From NCBI GenBank assembly GCA_963676175.2, contig CAXXWV010000003.1, positions 9,239-73,238 of the forward strand: DNA of 64,000 bases, read 5' to 3'. A model generated the notes under the pieces. That model was not told the origin of the DNA, searched no databases, and saw only the letters and a program-made list of their open reading frames with translations. Origin of the DNA: Bacteroidales bacterium. Its GTDB lineage: Bacteria > Bacteroidota > Bacteroidia > Bacteroidales > VadinHA17. Shown in pieces: positions 20,308 to 30,243 of the stretch (positions within the stretch are counted from its first letter, which is position 1; the number at the start of each line of letters is the position of its first letter). The translations under genes were made by a program, and so were the position numbers.

Positions 20308-22965
20308 CTAAGAAATTTTCACGGGTAGTCTGATAGTAAACAATGCTCCTCCGTTCTGTCTGTTTTGGACTGAAATATTTCCATTCAGCGCTTCGACAAA
20401 CCCTTTCACGATCGAAAGTCCTAAACCTAATCCACCTGTTTTACTCTTGTCGCTTCTATGGAATTTGTTAAATACTGACTGCAATTCTCCTTCCGGGATA
20501 CCTGTGCCTCTGTCCATAACCTGGATGGTCAACAATTCGTTGTCAATGAAAAATTTCAACCTTATCCCTGAACCGGCAGGAGAGTGCTGGGTGGCATTCA
20601 GCAGCAGATTATGGATTATCTGTTCTGCTAAACCAAAATCTATGAACACAAGTGGCATATCGGACGGGATAACCACAGACAACTTGAATTGCACCAATTC
20701 CTGATCAAGAGATTTTATGACCACATTCGCCAGATCATGCACATCATACCAGTCAGGATGTGGTTTTATATGACCCGATTCCAGCCTTGACATATTCAGA
20801 AGATTTTCAATTAGCTGGTTGAGACGTATAGAAGCAGTGCTTATCTCCTTATATAAAGCAATTTTTGTTACGGGAGAGCAATCCTGAAGCATGAGTGTGT
20901 CAGAAGCTCCCATGATAGCAGCAACTGGTATCCTTAGCTCATGTGAAATAGAGTTGAAAAGTATTTTGTACAGTTTTTCAGATTCAGTCAGTAGATAGGT
21001 CTGCTTTGCTGCTTCCCTGAGAAATTCCCTTTCGAACTTTCCGGAAATCTGTGATATGAAGTTTTCCCAGAATTGTTCTTCTCCATGCGTGAAGATCTTT
21101 GTCTGCTTTATTGCTATTACACCCATGTTCCCGCTGTTCCCCATTAATGGGTAATAAGTATAATCTCCCGAGGGCAATGTATTTGTAAACTTTCCAGCCT
21201 TGGTGGAATGTTTAAATACCCAGCTCACAACACTCATCTCGTTTTCGTTAAACTGATTCTCAGAACCATTGTGCGGCTGGAAATTTATCCTTCCTGATTC
21301 ATTCTTAAGAAAAATGATGCATTCAAGATTGAAGTATTTCCTGATGTATGATGCCGCTATCTGTGTTACATCATGATATCCGGTTTTTAATGTAAGGTCT
21401 TTTGTCAGCTGATATAACGCATTTGTCCGTTCTTCCCTTATCCTTATCTTCTTTTCCTGCCTTCTGATCCTTGAAGTAAGCACTCCGTTGAGCAGTGCAA
21501 TTATAAAGAACATGATTAACATCAGTACATCGATCATGTTTTCCACATGGAATGTAAACTGTGGTGGAATAAACAGGTAATCCCAGATTAATGCGCTTAA
21601 TGCCGCTGCAAGAAGAATAGGTCCCGTACCGTAGAAAAAGGCCAGAATGGACACTAAAAACAGCAGAATGAAGGACACGGCCTGATATCCTATAAGATCC
21701 CTGATAAGATAGCTGGTTCCGGCGAACAGAAATACCAAAACACTCACTGTAATGTATTGCAGAAAACCGGATGTAAATGAGGGTAATGAAACCTGTTTTT
21801 TAAAATTGTCCTTCGCTAATTTATCCGCGCCAAGAATATATACGTCTATGTTCCCGCTGTACCGGATAAGTCTGTTGACAAAATTTCCCAGTATGAACAT
21901 TGAAAAAACATTCCTTACTCTTGGCTTACCGACAATAATATGGGTAATGTTTTCTTTCTGGGCATAATCTACAATAGCCTTGACAATATCGTTGTTCGTG
22001 TTTATTCGAACCTTGATACCCAGTTGTTTTGCCAGACTGATATTCTTATCGAGCTGTTCCCTCTTTCGCTGTGTAAGATTCTGAGCAGTTTCAACATATA
22101 TTGCCTGTATCTGAGATCCCATCGAGTAAGAAAGATGCTTTGCCCATCGTAATAAGCGTGCAGAAAACGGACTTGTACCGATAGCGACAAGCAGATGCAG
22201 GCCTGATCTCCATGGACCGCGTATATGCTTATGCTGCATATAATCATGCAACTGCTTGTCAACACGGTCGGCAACTATCCTGAGCGCCATCTCGCGCAAG
22301 GCAGTGATGTTTCCCATCCTGAAAAAGTTGGCGATGGCTTCCCTGGACCGTTCAGGCGCGTACACTTTCCCTTCGGAAAACCGCTGCAGTAATTCTTCCG
22401 CTGTAAGGTCAACCAGTTCAACTTCATCTGCATTTTCAAAAATAAAGTCCGGTAGTGTCTCCCTTACATTTACACCGGTTATCTGGATGACAGTTTCCGA
22501 ACGGCTTTCCAGGTGCTGAACATTCAGTGTGGTATAAACGCTTATCCCGTTATCCAAAAGTTCAAGAACATCCTGATAACGCTTGGTATGTCTGCTGCCT
22601 GGCACGTTAGTATGCGCAAGCTCATCTACAAGCACTATCTGCGGTTTTCTCTCAATAAGTGCATCGAGATCCATCTCCTCCAGTGTCGCGGTTTTATACT
22701 GGCTGATTTTCCTGGGAACTACTTCAAAACCTGTGACAAGGTCGGCAGTCTCCTTGCGGTTATGGGTCTCGATGTATCCGACAACTACTTCATAACCTTT
22801 TTGTTTTTCAGCGTGAGCTGTTTGAAGCATGGTATACGTTTTACCAACTCCGGCGCACATTCCGAAAAAGATTTTAAGTTTTCCGCGCTTGTTTCTTTCA
22901 TCTTCATCCTTCAATGATGCAAGCAATTCATCCGGATCAGGTCTGAATTCTTCATTGTTATTCAT
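20308..22965 (-). CDS. kdpD: Sensor histidine kinase KdpD (full length: KdpD N-terminal, Usp, TM, HisKA, HATPase)
   Basis: 885 aa. P-loop GMCAGVGKT, four TM helices, H-box SISHELRIP, and a G-box region GGLGLGLS. It lies directly downstream of kdpC. Confidence 0.9.
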   Translation of the reverse strand: MNNNEEFRPDPDELLASLKDEDERNKRGKLKIFFGMCAGVGKTYTMLQTAHAEKQKGYEVVVGYIETHNRKETADLVTGFEVVPRKISQYKTATLEEMDLDALIERKPQIVLVDELAHTNVPGSRHTKRYQDVLELLDNGISVYTTLNVQHLESRSETVIQITGVNVRETLPDFIFENADEVELVDLTAEELLQRFSEGKVYAPERSREAIANFFRMGNITALREMALRIVADRVDKQLHDYMQHKHIRGPWRSGLHLLVAIGTSPFSARLLRWAKHLSYSMGSQIQAIYVETAQNLTQRKREQLDKNISLAKQLGIKVRINTNNDIVKAIVDYAQKENITHIIVGKPRVRNVFSMFILGNFVNRLIRYSGNIDVYILGADKLAKDNFKKQVSLPSFTSGFLQYITVSVLVFLFAGTSYLIRDLIGYQAVSFILLFLVSILAFFYGTGPILLAAALSALIWDYLFIPPQFTFHVENMIDVLMLIMFFIIALLNGVLTSRIRRQEKKIRIREERTNALYQLTKDLTLKTGYHDVTQIAASYIRKYFNLECIIFLKNESGRINFQPHNGSENQFNENEMSVVSWVFKHSTKAGKFTNTLPSGDYTYYPLMGNSGNMGVIAIKQTKIFTHGEEQFWENFISQISGKFEREFLREAAKQTYLLTESEKLYKILFNSISHELRIPVAAIMGASDTLMLQDCSPVTKIALYKEISTASIRLNQLIENLLNMSRLESGHIKPHPDWYDVHDLANVVIKSLDQELVQFKLSVVIPSDMPLVFIDFGLAEQIIHNLLLNATQHSPAGSGIRLKFFIDNELLTIQVMDRGTGIPEGELQSVFNKFHRSDKSKTGGLGLGLSIVKGFVEALNGNISVQNRQNGGALFTIRLPVKIS

Positions 22966-23053
22966 GTTGCATATATCGTTTTAAATGAAACCCGGAATCG
23001 ATTTTGACGTATTCTGAAAATTCTTAATTCAGCTTATTGCTGTTTTTTCCTTC

Positions 23054-23632
23054 TCACTGATGTATTTCATCAAGCATCATATTAAGCATCAGAATATTGA
23101 CTCTTTTTTCCCCGAGTAAGCCAAATTGTGGTTTCTCAGTCAGTCGTTTAATGATTCCGGTAAGTTGTTTTTCCTGGGAAGAGCTGAAGTGTCTTGAGCT
23201 TGCGACCCTTTTTGTCTGCAATAAGGCAGCTCTTTCGGATATGTGCGGATCAAGTCCACTTCCTGAAGCAGATAACATTTCCTCAGGTATTGCAGCTGAA
23301 TCAGCAGTTTGATTCAGTAATACCCATGCTTTTCTGCGATCACTTACCTGTTTTTTCAGCTTGCTGCTTACCGGACCCAGGTTGGATGCTCCTGACGGAA
23401 CCGGATTATATTCAATTGCCGAAGGCCTGGAATGGAAGTATCCAACGCTGTCAAACTTCTGACCTAACAGCTCAGAACCGATTATTTTTCTGTCTCTCAT
23501 GATCATACTCCCGTTTGCCTTGTATGGAAATAATATCTGCGCTATTCCGGTTATAAAAACAGGATAAACCAAACCGGTAAGTAACGTCATTAATATAAGA
23601 AATTTAACCGCTGTAATCAAATGTGTCTTCAT
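23054..23632 (-). CDS. kdpC: Potassium-transporting ATPase subunit C
   Basis: 192 aa. Single N-terminal TM and the conserved GASNLGP and SGSGLDPHIS motifs. Positioned after kdpB. Confidence 0.9.
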   Translation of the reverse strand: MKTHLITAVKFLILMTLLTGLVYPVFITGIAQILFPYKANGSMIMRDRKIIGSELLGQKFDSVGYFHSRPSAIEYNPVPSGASNLGPVSSKLKKQVSDRRKAWVLLNQTADSAAIPEEMLSASGSGLDPHISERAALLQTKRVASSRHFSSSQEKQLTGIIKRLTEKPQFGLLGEKRVNILMLNMMLDEIHQ

Positions 23633-23641
23633 ATTGGAGTT

Positions 23642-25741
23642 CTATATTAAATGCGTGACGCTTAGAAATATGTCAATAAGCTTTATTCCGATAAATGGAA
23701 CAATTATTCCACCTAATCCGTATATAAGGATGTTTATAGCCAGGACCCTGTTTGCTGAAATTGGCCTGTATTTGACACCTTTTAATGCAAGTGGGATCAG
23801 AGCAATAATAATGAGTGCATTGAAAATGACAGCACTCAGGATAGCACTCTGAGGAGAGGCGAGGTGCATTATGTTAAGCGTGTTCAGCGGAGAAACATCA
23901 GCTGATGTGACGTAGAGCGTTGTGGCAATAGCCGGAATAATGGCAAAGTATTTTGCCACGTCATTAGCGATACTGAAGGTGGTAAGGGCGCCCCGTGTCA
24001 TAAGCAATTGTTTGCCCGTCTCGACTACTTCAATAAGTTTCGTCGGATTACTGTCCAGGTCAACCATGTTACCTGCCTCACGCGCTGCCTGTGTTCCTGT
24101 GTTCATGGCGAGACCGACATCTGCCTGTGCCAGTGCCGGTGCATCATTTGTTCCATCACCGATCATGCCCACCAGATGACCGTTTGCCTGCTCATCCCGT
24201 ATGCGTTTTAATTTATCCTCGGGCTTTGCTTCCGACAAAAAATCATCAACTCCTGCTTCTGCCGCAATTGCAGCAGCCGTGTATGGATTATCTCCGGTTA
24301 TCATGACTGTCCGGATGCCCATCTTTCTCAGCTGTGCAAATCGTTGCTTTATACCACCCTTGACGACGTCTTTGAGTTTGATAATTCCCAGGATCTTATT
24401 ATCTCTGGCTACCACCAATGGCGTAGCGCCCTGGTTTGCAAGATGGATTACCTCATCATCAATTTTCCCAGGTACAAAGCCATCCAGGTTTTGTACGAAC
24501 TTCTTTATTGCATCCGCAGATCCCTTTCGGATACGGGTAACTGTCCCGTTTGCATTTTTTATGTCTATCCCGCTCATTCTGGTCTGAGCGGTAAATGGAA
24601 TAAACTCAGATTCGCTGGCATGAATATCCTGGTTCCTTATTTCATATTGTTCTTTTGCAAGTATCACTATCGACCTTCCTTCCGGAGTCTCATCAGCCAG
24701 TGATGCCAGCTGTGCTGCTACAGCCAGTTGTTCCAGAGAAACATCATCTACCGGAATAAATTCCGTTGCCATACGGTTTCCAAATGTTATTGTACCGGTT
24801 TTATCAAGCAGAAGAACGTCGGTATCTCCAGCAGCTTCGATCGCCTTGCCGCTTGTAGCAATTACATTTTTTCGCAGTAATCTGTCCATCCCGCTTATTC
24901 CTATCGCGCTCAGAAGGCCCCCGATGGTTGTCGGGATCAGACAGACAAGCAACGAGATCAAAACCGGAAGTGAAAGGTTCCTCTCAGTTGAAACGCCGGA
25001 AGCATTCAGACTGTATCCAAATAACGCCGGCATCACTACTACAACAAGAAGGAATATGATCGTGAGGCCGGATAATAATATGGTAAGCGCAATTTCATTT
25101 GGTGTCTTTTGCCGTCTTGCACCTTCTACAAGTGCGATCATCCGATCTATGAAAGTGTGGCCGGGCTCAGAGGTGACTCTGATAATGATCCGGTCGCTTA
25201 TTACTTTTGTCCCTCCGGTCACTGCTGACCTGTCTCCTCCGCTTTCCCTGATAACCGGAGCTGATTCACCTGTTATTGCTGATTCGTCTACGCTGGCAAT
25301 TCCTTCAATAACATCACCGTCTGCAGGGATCATATCACCCGATTCGCAGACGACAAAATCACCCTTACATAGTTCGGTCGCCCCAATTATTACTTCCTGT
25401 TGGTTGATCAGCTTACGGGCTTTTGTCTGTGTACGGCTTTTTCGAAGACTTTCAGCCTGTGCTTTTCCTCTGCCTTCTGCAATCGCTTCTGCAAAATTGG
25501 CAAACAAAACAGTGAACCACAGCCAGATAGTGATCTGAAGATCAAATGGGCTGAACTGTCTGCTGATTAAGCCGGAGAAAAATATTATTGTAGTTATCAT
25601 CGCTCCGACACCTACTATGAATATTACCGGATTTTTGATCAGGAGAACAGGATTCAATTTTATGATTGAATCCCTCAACGCTATCAGCATTATCTCACCT
25701 GAAAAAAAACTGCTATTATTCTGTTTTTCCTTATTGTTCAT
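23642..25741 (-). CDS. kdpB: Potassium-transporting P-type ATPase subunit B
   Basis: 699 aa. P-type motifs DKTGTIT, TGDN and [10 protein letters not shown]. Confidence 0.95.
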   Translation of the reverse strand: MNNKEKQNNSSFFSGEIMLIALRDSIIKLNPVLLIKNPVIFIVGVGAMITTIIFFSGLISRQFSPFDLQITIWLWFTVLFANFAEAIAEGRGKAQAESLRKSRTQTKARKLINQQEVIIGATELCKGDFVVCESGDMIPADGDVIEGIASVDESAITGESAPVIRESGGDRSAVTGGTKVISDRIIIRVTSEPGHTFIDRMIALVEGARRQKTPNEIALTILLSGLTIIFLLVVVVMPALFGYSLNASGVSTERNLSLPVLISLLVCLIPTTIGGLLSAIGISGMDRLLRKNVIATSGKAIEAAGDTDVLLLDKTGTITFGNRMATEFIPVDDVSLEQLAVAAQLASLADETPEGRSIVILAKEQYEIRNQDIHASESEFIPFTAQTRMSGIDIKNANGTVTRIRKGSADAIKKFVQNLDGFVPGKIDDEVIHLANQGATPLVVARDNKILGIIKLKDVVKGGIKQRFAQLRKMGIRTVMITGDNPYTAAAIAAEAGVDDFLSEAKPEDKLKRIRDEQANGHLVGMIGDGTNDAPALAQADVGLAMNTGTQAAREAGNMVDLDSNPTKLIEVVETGKQLLMTRGALTTFSIANDVAKYFAIIPAIATTLYVTSADVSPLNTLNIMHLASPQSAILSAVIFNALIIIALIPLALKGVKYRPISANRVLAINILIYGLGGIIVPFIGIKLIDIFLSVTHLI

Positions 25742-25750
25742 GATGAAAGA

Positions 25751-27442
25751 TTAAAATGTTACCCCGGAATTCATCAGAAAATGTTCTACCACAGGACCTA
25801 ACACAAGTGCAGGGAAGAATGTCAGTCCTCCAATTATTATGATCACTCCCGTTAGTAAAATCCCGAATAGCCAGTTGTCTGTATTGAAAGTGCCAGGTGA
25901 CAGCGGAGTGATTTTCTTTTTCGCCATGCTTCCGGCTATCGCCAGGGCAGGTATTATGACTCCGAACCGGCCTATAATCATGCCAAGTCCAAGCATCAGA
26001 TTGTAGAATACAGTATTTGTATTCAATCCGGCAAATGCGCTGCCATTATTTCCTGCAGCGGAACTGAAAGCAAATAAAATCTCAGATAGTCCATGCGGCC
26101 CATTATTGGTCAGACCTGATAAGCCTGCTTCCGTAGAGCATGCAATTGCTGAAAAAAGCATGATCACCAATGCAGGCGCCAGTATTCCGAAAATTGCCAT
26201 TTTTACTTCGAAGGCTTCGATCTTTTTTCCAAGGTATTCAGGAGTGCGGCCAACCATCAGACCGGCAATGAACACTGTGATAATGATGAAAATTATCATC
26301 CCGTAAAGTCCGGAGCCAACTCCTCCGAAGATTACTTCTCCGAGCATTATATTAAACATCGGGACAAGCCCTGAAATGGGCGACAGACTATCGTGCATAG
26401 CATTTACTGCACCACATGAGGCATCTGTCGTGATAACAGAAAACAGAATGCTGTTCATGATGCCAAATCTTGTCTCCTTTCCCTCCATGTTGCCGGCTAA
26501 GATGAGAACGTTATTCTGGCCGTATTCGCTCCATAGGGAAACAGCCAGTCCTCCAAGACAAAATATCAGCATCACCGTGAAGATGGTCCAGGCCTGTCGT
26601 CTGGATCCCGCATAATGACCATAAGTGAATACCAATCCGGCTGATACCAGCAGAATCGCGATCATTTCCAGAAAGTTGGAGAAAGGAGTAGGGTTCTCAA
26701 AAGGATGAGCGCTGTTAGCATTGAAGAATCCTCCACCATTGGTACCTATTTGCTTTATGGCGATTTGTGATGCCGCCGGACCAAGTGGTATTGTCTGCAC
26801 CGTTCCCTGCAATGTGGTTATCGATTCATAGTGTGACAGATTCTGAACGACACCCTGACTGACTAGGAGGATCGCCATGATTACAGACAGGGGAAGTAAA
26901 ATGTAGACTACACTTCTTGTCATATCTGTCCAGAAATTACCGATTCTGTCCGTGTTTTTTCTTGTAAGTCCACGTATCAGGGCAATCACGACTGAAATCC
27001 CTGTAGCTGCACTGACAAAGTTTTGCACCGTCAGACCAGCCATCTGTACAAGATAGCTTAACGTATTCTCTGCACTGTAAGACTGCCAGTTCGTGTTGGT
27101 CACAAAACTGATGGCAGTATTTAGAGCTAGATGCCATGATACATCAGGTAAATGCTCAGTGTTAAGAGGAAGATTTGCCTGGGTCATCTGCAGAATGAAC
27201 AATATGATCAGTCCAGACAGATTGAAAAGCAATAAACATGAAGTGTAGCTTTTCCAGTTCATCTCTTCAGTACTTCGGATTCCCAAAAAGCGATATGTCA
27301 GATTTTCCAGCCATCCGAAGACTGGCTTTAAAAAATGCTTCTCATCCATGAAAATCCTGGCAAAGAGCTTTCCCAATCCAGGGGAAATACCTGTCAGGAC
27401 TCCAAAGAATAATATAAGCTGGATATAATCGGATATTTTCAT
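25751..27442 (-). CDS. kdpA: Potassium-transporting ATPase subunit A
   Basis: 563 aa polytopic protein with selectivity-filter-like GTNGGGF and NNGSAF motifs. It is the first large gene of the operon. Confidence 0.95.
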   Translation of the reverse strand: MKISDYIQLILFFGVLTGISPGLGKLFARIFMDEKHFLKPVFGWLENLTYRFLGIRSTEEMNWKSYTSCLLLFNLSGLIILFILQMTQANLPLNTEHLPDVSWHLALNTAISFVTNTNWQSYSAENTLSYLVQMAGLTVQNFVSAATGISVVIALIRGLTRKNTDRIGNFWTDMTRSVVYILLPLSVIMAILLVSQGVVQNLSHYESITTLQGTVQTIPLGPAASQIAIKQIGTNGGGFFNANSAHPFENPTPFSNFLEMIAILLVSAGLVFTYGHYAGSRRQAWTIFTVMLIFCLGGLAVSLWSEYGQNNVLILAGNMEGKETRFGIMNSILFSVITTDASCGAVNAMHDSLSPISGLVPMFNIMLGEVIFGGVGSGLYGMIIFIIITVFIAGLMVGRTPEYLGKKIEAFEVKMAIFGILAPALVIMLFSAIACSTEAGLSGLTNNGPHGLSEILFAFSSAAGNNGSAFAGLNTNTVFYNLMLGLGMIIGRFGVIIPALAIAGSMAKKKITPLSPGTFNTDNWLFGILLTGVIIIIGGLTFFPALVLGPVVEHFLMNSGVTF

Positions 27443-27562
27443 TTAGTCTTCTTTTTTTTCTTCAAGATCATTTAACTTCAACAGCCGGCCTATAATAAGA
27501 CCTGTAATGAATACCAGGATCACACCTCCCGAGAATACGCGTATCAGCGAACACGCAGTCAT
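27443..27562 (-). CDS. 39-codon single-TM ORF between kdpF and kdpA (hypothetical)
   Basis: My own translation of the minus strand gives MTACSLIRVFSGGVILVFITGLIIGRLLKLNDLEEKKED. Its TAA stop (27443-27445) directly abuts the kdpA ATG. It is below the ORF-track size cut-off. Confidence 0.3.
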   Translation of the reverse strand: MTACSLIRVFSGGVILVFITGLIIGRLLKLNDLEEKKED

Positions 27563-27573
27563 AAATTCACATG

Positions 27574-27705
27574 TTAAAATTTTTCCGGCTTAAACAGGGA
27601 ATAGAACAGATAACCGAAAATCAGAAGCGCAATAATTGCTCCTGTCAGATAACCGGTCGGATTACTGAAAATAAGCGCTGTTACCAGAGTTGTCATTTGC
27701 ATCAT
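27574..27705 (-). CDS. kdpF: KdpF small subunit
   Basis: My own translation of the minus strand gives MMQMTTLVTALIFSNPTGYLTGAIIALLIFGYLFYSLFKPEKF. The hydrophobic helix ending in ..Y.L..PE.F is the typical KdpF C-terminus. The start could be an internal ATG. Confidence 0.6.
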   Translation of the reverse strand: MMQMTTLVTALIFSNPTGYLTGAIIALLIFGYLFYSLFKPEKF

Positions 27706-27934
27706 TTATATTTTTTAGTCCGATGCAAAAATGACTTACAGGATATCAGAATTTTATAAAGACTTGAGATCAAACATTAAGATTTTATAAGGTTGTCTTC
27801 CCGCGATGATATCCCCGAGATAATCGATCAGTAATCAAATTGCCAGGTGAATGAAATTTAAGGGAATATATCAGATCTTTTAAATAAAAAAACGCAATAA
27901 ATTGAAAACTAAACTTATTATGTTTTGTTTATGA

Positions 27935-28021
27935 GATCCCAAGAGGGGAGGTGTCGAACTTAATCTTCAAGATTATAAAGCTGTGCTGAAATCTATGGAT
28001 ACTGAAAAGGAGAATAAGTAA
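27935..28021 (+). repeat. Gene-fragment repeat, copy 1 (C-terminal coding remnant DPKRGGVELNLQDYKAVLKSMDTEKENK-stop)
   Basis: It aligns codon by codon with 32426..32524 (see findings) and is preceded by an in-frame TGA, so it is not a functional gene. Confidence 0.5.
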
Positions 28022-28416
28022 CTTAACTTATTATTACGGAATCGAAATGAGATGCGCTTGAGCTGATTGACGCAGTTGCTGGTATTTCTCTTGCAAGGCT
28101 TTATAATCCATTTTTTACGCGTTACCTTCTTTTGAATAACTATCGTTTTATAACAAATTGATCATGCAATTAGGGCTATATTATTGATAAAGTAGGTCAT
28201 TAAAGTATTAGTCTATTCCGAAAAAACGTTCCAATCGTTCCACATTATGCCTATGTTTTTCCGGATTTTGTATTTTCAATTTGTTTACATTGAGTAACTT
28301 CCATTGCACAGAAGGAAAATCCCTGAAATCTGAATAATCTGATTCTTCCCATTGCGGATCGCCTTCTTCAAAACTAACGAGGAGTGTTTTCTGATTTTGT
28401 TTTCTGCTTAACTTGT

Positions 28417-29466
28417 TTATTCACAATGCGAACTTCGCGGGTTTTGCAGCCCTCCACAGCGAAATTCATATTTATCCTGGCTATATTTTGGTACTGGGTT
28501 GTCTGTTGCTTCGAGCGGTGTTAATGTTTTCCCGTTGTAGCTTGGCAGGGTAATTTGTGCTGCCGAGCCGTTGCCCAAAGCTACATTCTTAGCCACCGCA
28601 CTTCCGTTGAAACTGTAATCCATAAGGGCATCCAGCAAGCGGTAAAGGCAGTAATAATCGTAGGCATCGTAGGCTTTCAGACTACTCGGCAAATTGTGTT
28701 CGGCAGTGTAAGTATATCCGTCAACAACACTCTTTTTAACCAGCACAAAATCCTTTTCCGAATCAGGAATATTGATGTTTTTGAAAATGTCAATCGCCAT
28801 CCGGTGATCGTTGATTACATCGTCGTCGTAAACCTGTGCAATGAGTTTGGTGTTAGCCGAGAAATTTTGCAATTGCCCGTCGGTAATCTGGTAGCTATAC
28901 CATGGCGCCAGCGTGAAAATGAACCGTCCGTTTTCGCCCCAGCCTTTCTCAACAAAAGCCTTGTAGCTTAGCCCGATAACTGCGCCGCCCCCAAACGAAT
29001 GGCCAACGAACCCAACTTTTGTTGAGTCAATCAGATTTGGATATTTTTTAACGGCTGCCTGAAAGCTGGTCCACAATACATTGTACCGGTCGTCGATACT
29101 GACATCCAACGTTGGGTAAGGCGCAAATACAACGGTGTATCCTTTTTTTGCAATAAACTGGAAGATTCCGAGCCATGATGCTTTGTTCTCGCCGCCATAG
29201 GCGTGGGCATAAAAAATGGTGGGGCGAGGTGTTGTGATACCTTTGGGGTAGAAAATGGCTACCTCCTTACCAGCATATTCCGGGCTTGAAAAGTCGATTT
29301 CCGCCACTTCAAAATCGCCATCTTTACCATATCCTGATGTCGGTCGCGAAATGGGTCCTTCCAAATCGTCGTTGCCCGATCCTTCCGAAGGGATGCTCTC
29401 TCCTTCGGAACAGGCCGTGAAAAGAACAAGTAGGAATAAGAAACTAAATTGAATAACTGTTTTCAT
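28417..29466 (-). CDS. Alpha/beta-hydrolase lipoprotein
   Basis: 349 aa. Lipoprotein signal (..LVLFTAC), nucleophile elbow GHSFGG, and HAYGG upstream. Confidence 0.7.
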   Translation of the reverse strand: MKTVIQFSFLFLLVLFTACSEGESIPSEGSGNDDLEGPISRPTSGYGKDGDFEVAEIDFSSPEYAGKEVAIFYPKGITTPRPTIFYAHAYGGENKASWLGIFQFIAKKGYTVVFAPYPTLDVSIDDRYNVLWTSFQAAVKKYPNLIDSTKVGFVGHSFGGGAVIGLSYKAFVEKGWGENGRFIFTLAPWYSYQITDGQLQNFSANTKLIAQVYDDDVINDHRMAIDIFKNINIPDSEKDFVLVKKSVVDGYTYTAEHNLPSSLKAYDAYDYYCLYRLLDALMDYSFNGSAVAKNVALGNGSAAQITLPSYNGKTLTPLEATDNPVPKYSQDKYEFRCGGLQNPRSSHCE

Positions 29467-29572
29467 AATTGTTAATTTAATTAATAACTAATGCGAATAA
29501 ATTTAATGTCGCATTTGAATTCTTGTTTCTATCCAGACACACCCATCACCGCGAGTGCTCAGTGCTTTGTCT

Positions 29573-29588
29573 CTCTCTCGCGAGAGAG
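29573..29588. repeat. 16-bp perfect palindrome CTCTCTCGCGAGAGAG, with flanking direct repeats GAGGGGTGA x2 (29586-29594 and 29603-29611)
   Basis: Read directly from the sequence, in the intergenic region between the hydrolase start and the LTXXQ gene end. Confidence 0.8.
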
Positions 29589-29660
29589 GGGTGAAACGTC
29601 CGGAGGGGTGAGTACTTTTAAAATATTATAATAATAGTTTTTATTACTTAGATTACGGCT

Positions 29661-30038
29661 TCAGCCATTCTTTCTTTGCTTGGCAGCCTCTTTCATTTTA
29701 TCCCTCATTTCTTCCCGTTTTTCGAGGTAAACGTTAAACTGGTCTTTGGTCAGGATTTTTTTCAACTGGCCATCCTTTTCGTCCATAATGGCTTTGGCTT
29801 TTTTTAGTTTGCCAATTTTTCGTGAACTGGCCTTCACTTCTTCCATCTTTTGCGCATACTTCAGGTTAAGTGGTTCAATCTGTACCAACTGGTCTTCGCT
29901 GAGGCTGAGGTTTTGTTTCATCCATTCGGTTTGAAAGCGGGCGCGTTCTTCAGGCGATAACTTTGATTCAACATCCTGGGCAAACAATTTACCACCTAAA
30001 AGAATCAGGAATGTGCTGATGAGAATAGTATGTTTCAT
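29661..30038 (-). CDS. Periplasmic LTXXQ-motif (Spy/CpxP-like) protein
   Basis: 125 aa. Signal peptide, two L(S/T)xxQ helices (LSEDQLVQI and LTKDQFNVY), and lysine-rich helical composition. Confidence 0.55.
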   Translation of the reverse strand: MKHTILISTFLILLGGKLFAQDVESKLSPEERARFQTEWMKQNLSLSEDQLVQIEPLNLKYAQKMEEVKASSRKIGKLKKAKAIMDEKDGQLKKILTKDQFNVYLEKREEMRDKMKEAAKQRKNG

Positions 30039-30243
30039 GTCTTCTAAGTTTTTGAATTCGCTACAAATTTAAAAAGCAACAATCAGGAAAATGGATTGTT
30101 TTCATCGAACAACCAAATGGATTACACCAACGGCATGTTGGCTCAATGTGTAGCTTGTTGATCGTTTCGGTTGTTTGTTGAGCCTGTGCGCTATTTGGTT
30201 TAAAGTGTTCATCCTGGATGGGGTATTTTCGTATTATTGCATC

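Noticed and set aside
23922-25538. Several plus-strand ORFs of 67-230 aa inside kdpB (for example 24846..25538), with similar antisense ORFs inside kdpA, kdpD, the GH2 gene and others
   Set aside because: They lie entirely antisense to long genes with unmistakable family motifs and have low-complexity, proline-, serine- or arginine-rich translations. These are shadow ORFs.
27706-27900. A c-di-AMP (ydaO/kimA-type) riboswitch or other leader upstream of kdpF
   Set aside because: I looked for the pseudo-two-fold ACGGGG-type conserved cores on the minus strand and saw none. No claim is made.
27940-27975. Possible decayed third copy of the tRNA-Arg 3' end (GGAGGTGTCGAACTTAATCTTC versus GGAGGGACTCGAACCCCCAACCTTC), which would mark the outer island boundary
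   Set aside because: The segment cannot be folded into a T arm. Its similarity to 32426-32524 continues in a codon-phased way well beyond any tRNA-like part, so a coding remnant explains it better. The resemblance to the tRNA is probably chance.
28208-28420. 70-codon open frame on the minus strand immediately after the hydrolase gene (..VSFEEGDPQWEESDYSDFRDFPSVQWKLLNVNKLKIQNPEKHRHNVERLERFFGID-stop)
   Set aside because: It contains no ATG, GTG or TTG start in frame and overlaps the hydrolase stop. I treat it as a gene remnant rather than a feature. It contributes only to the gene-decay argument.
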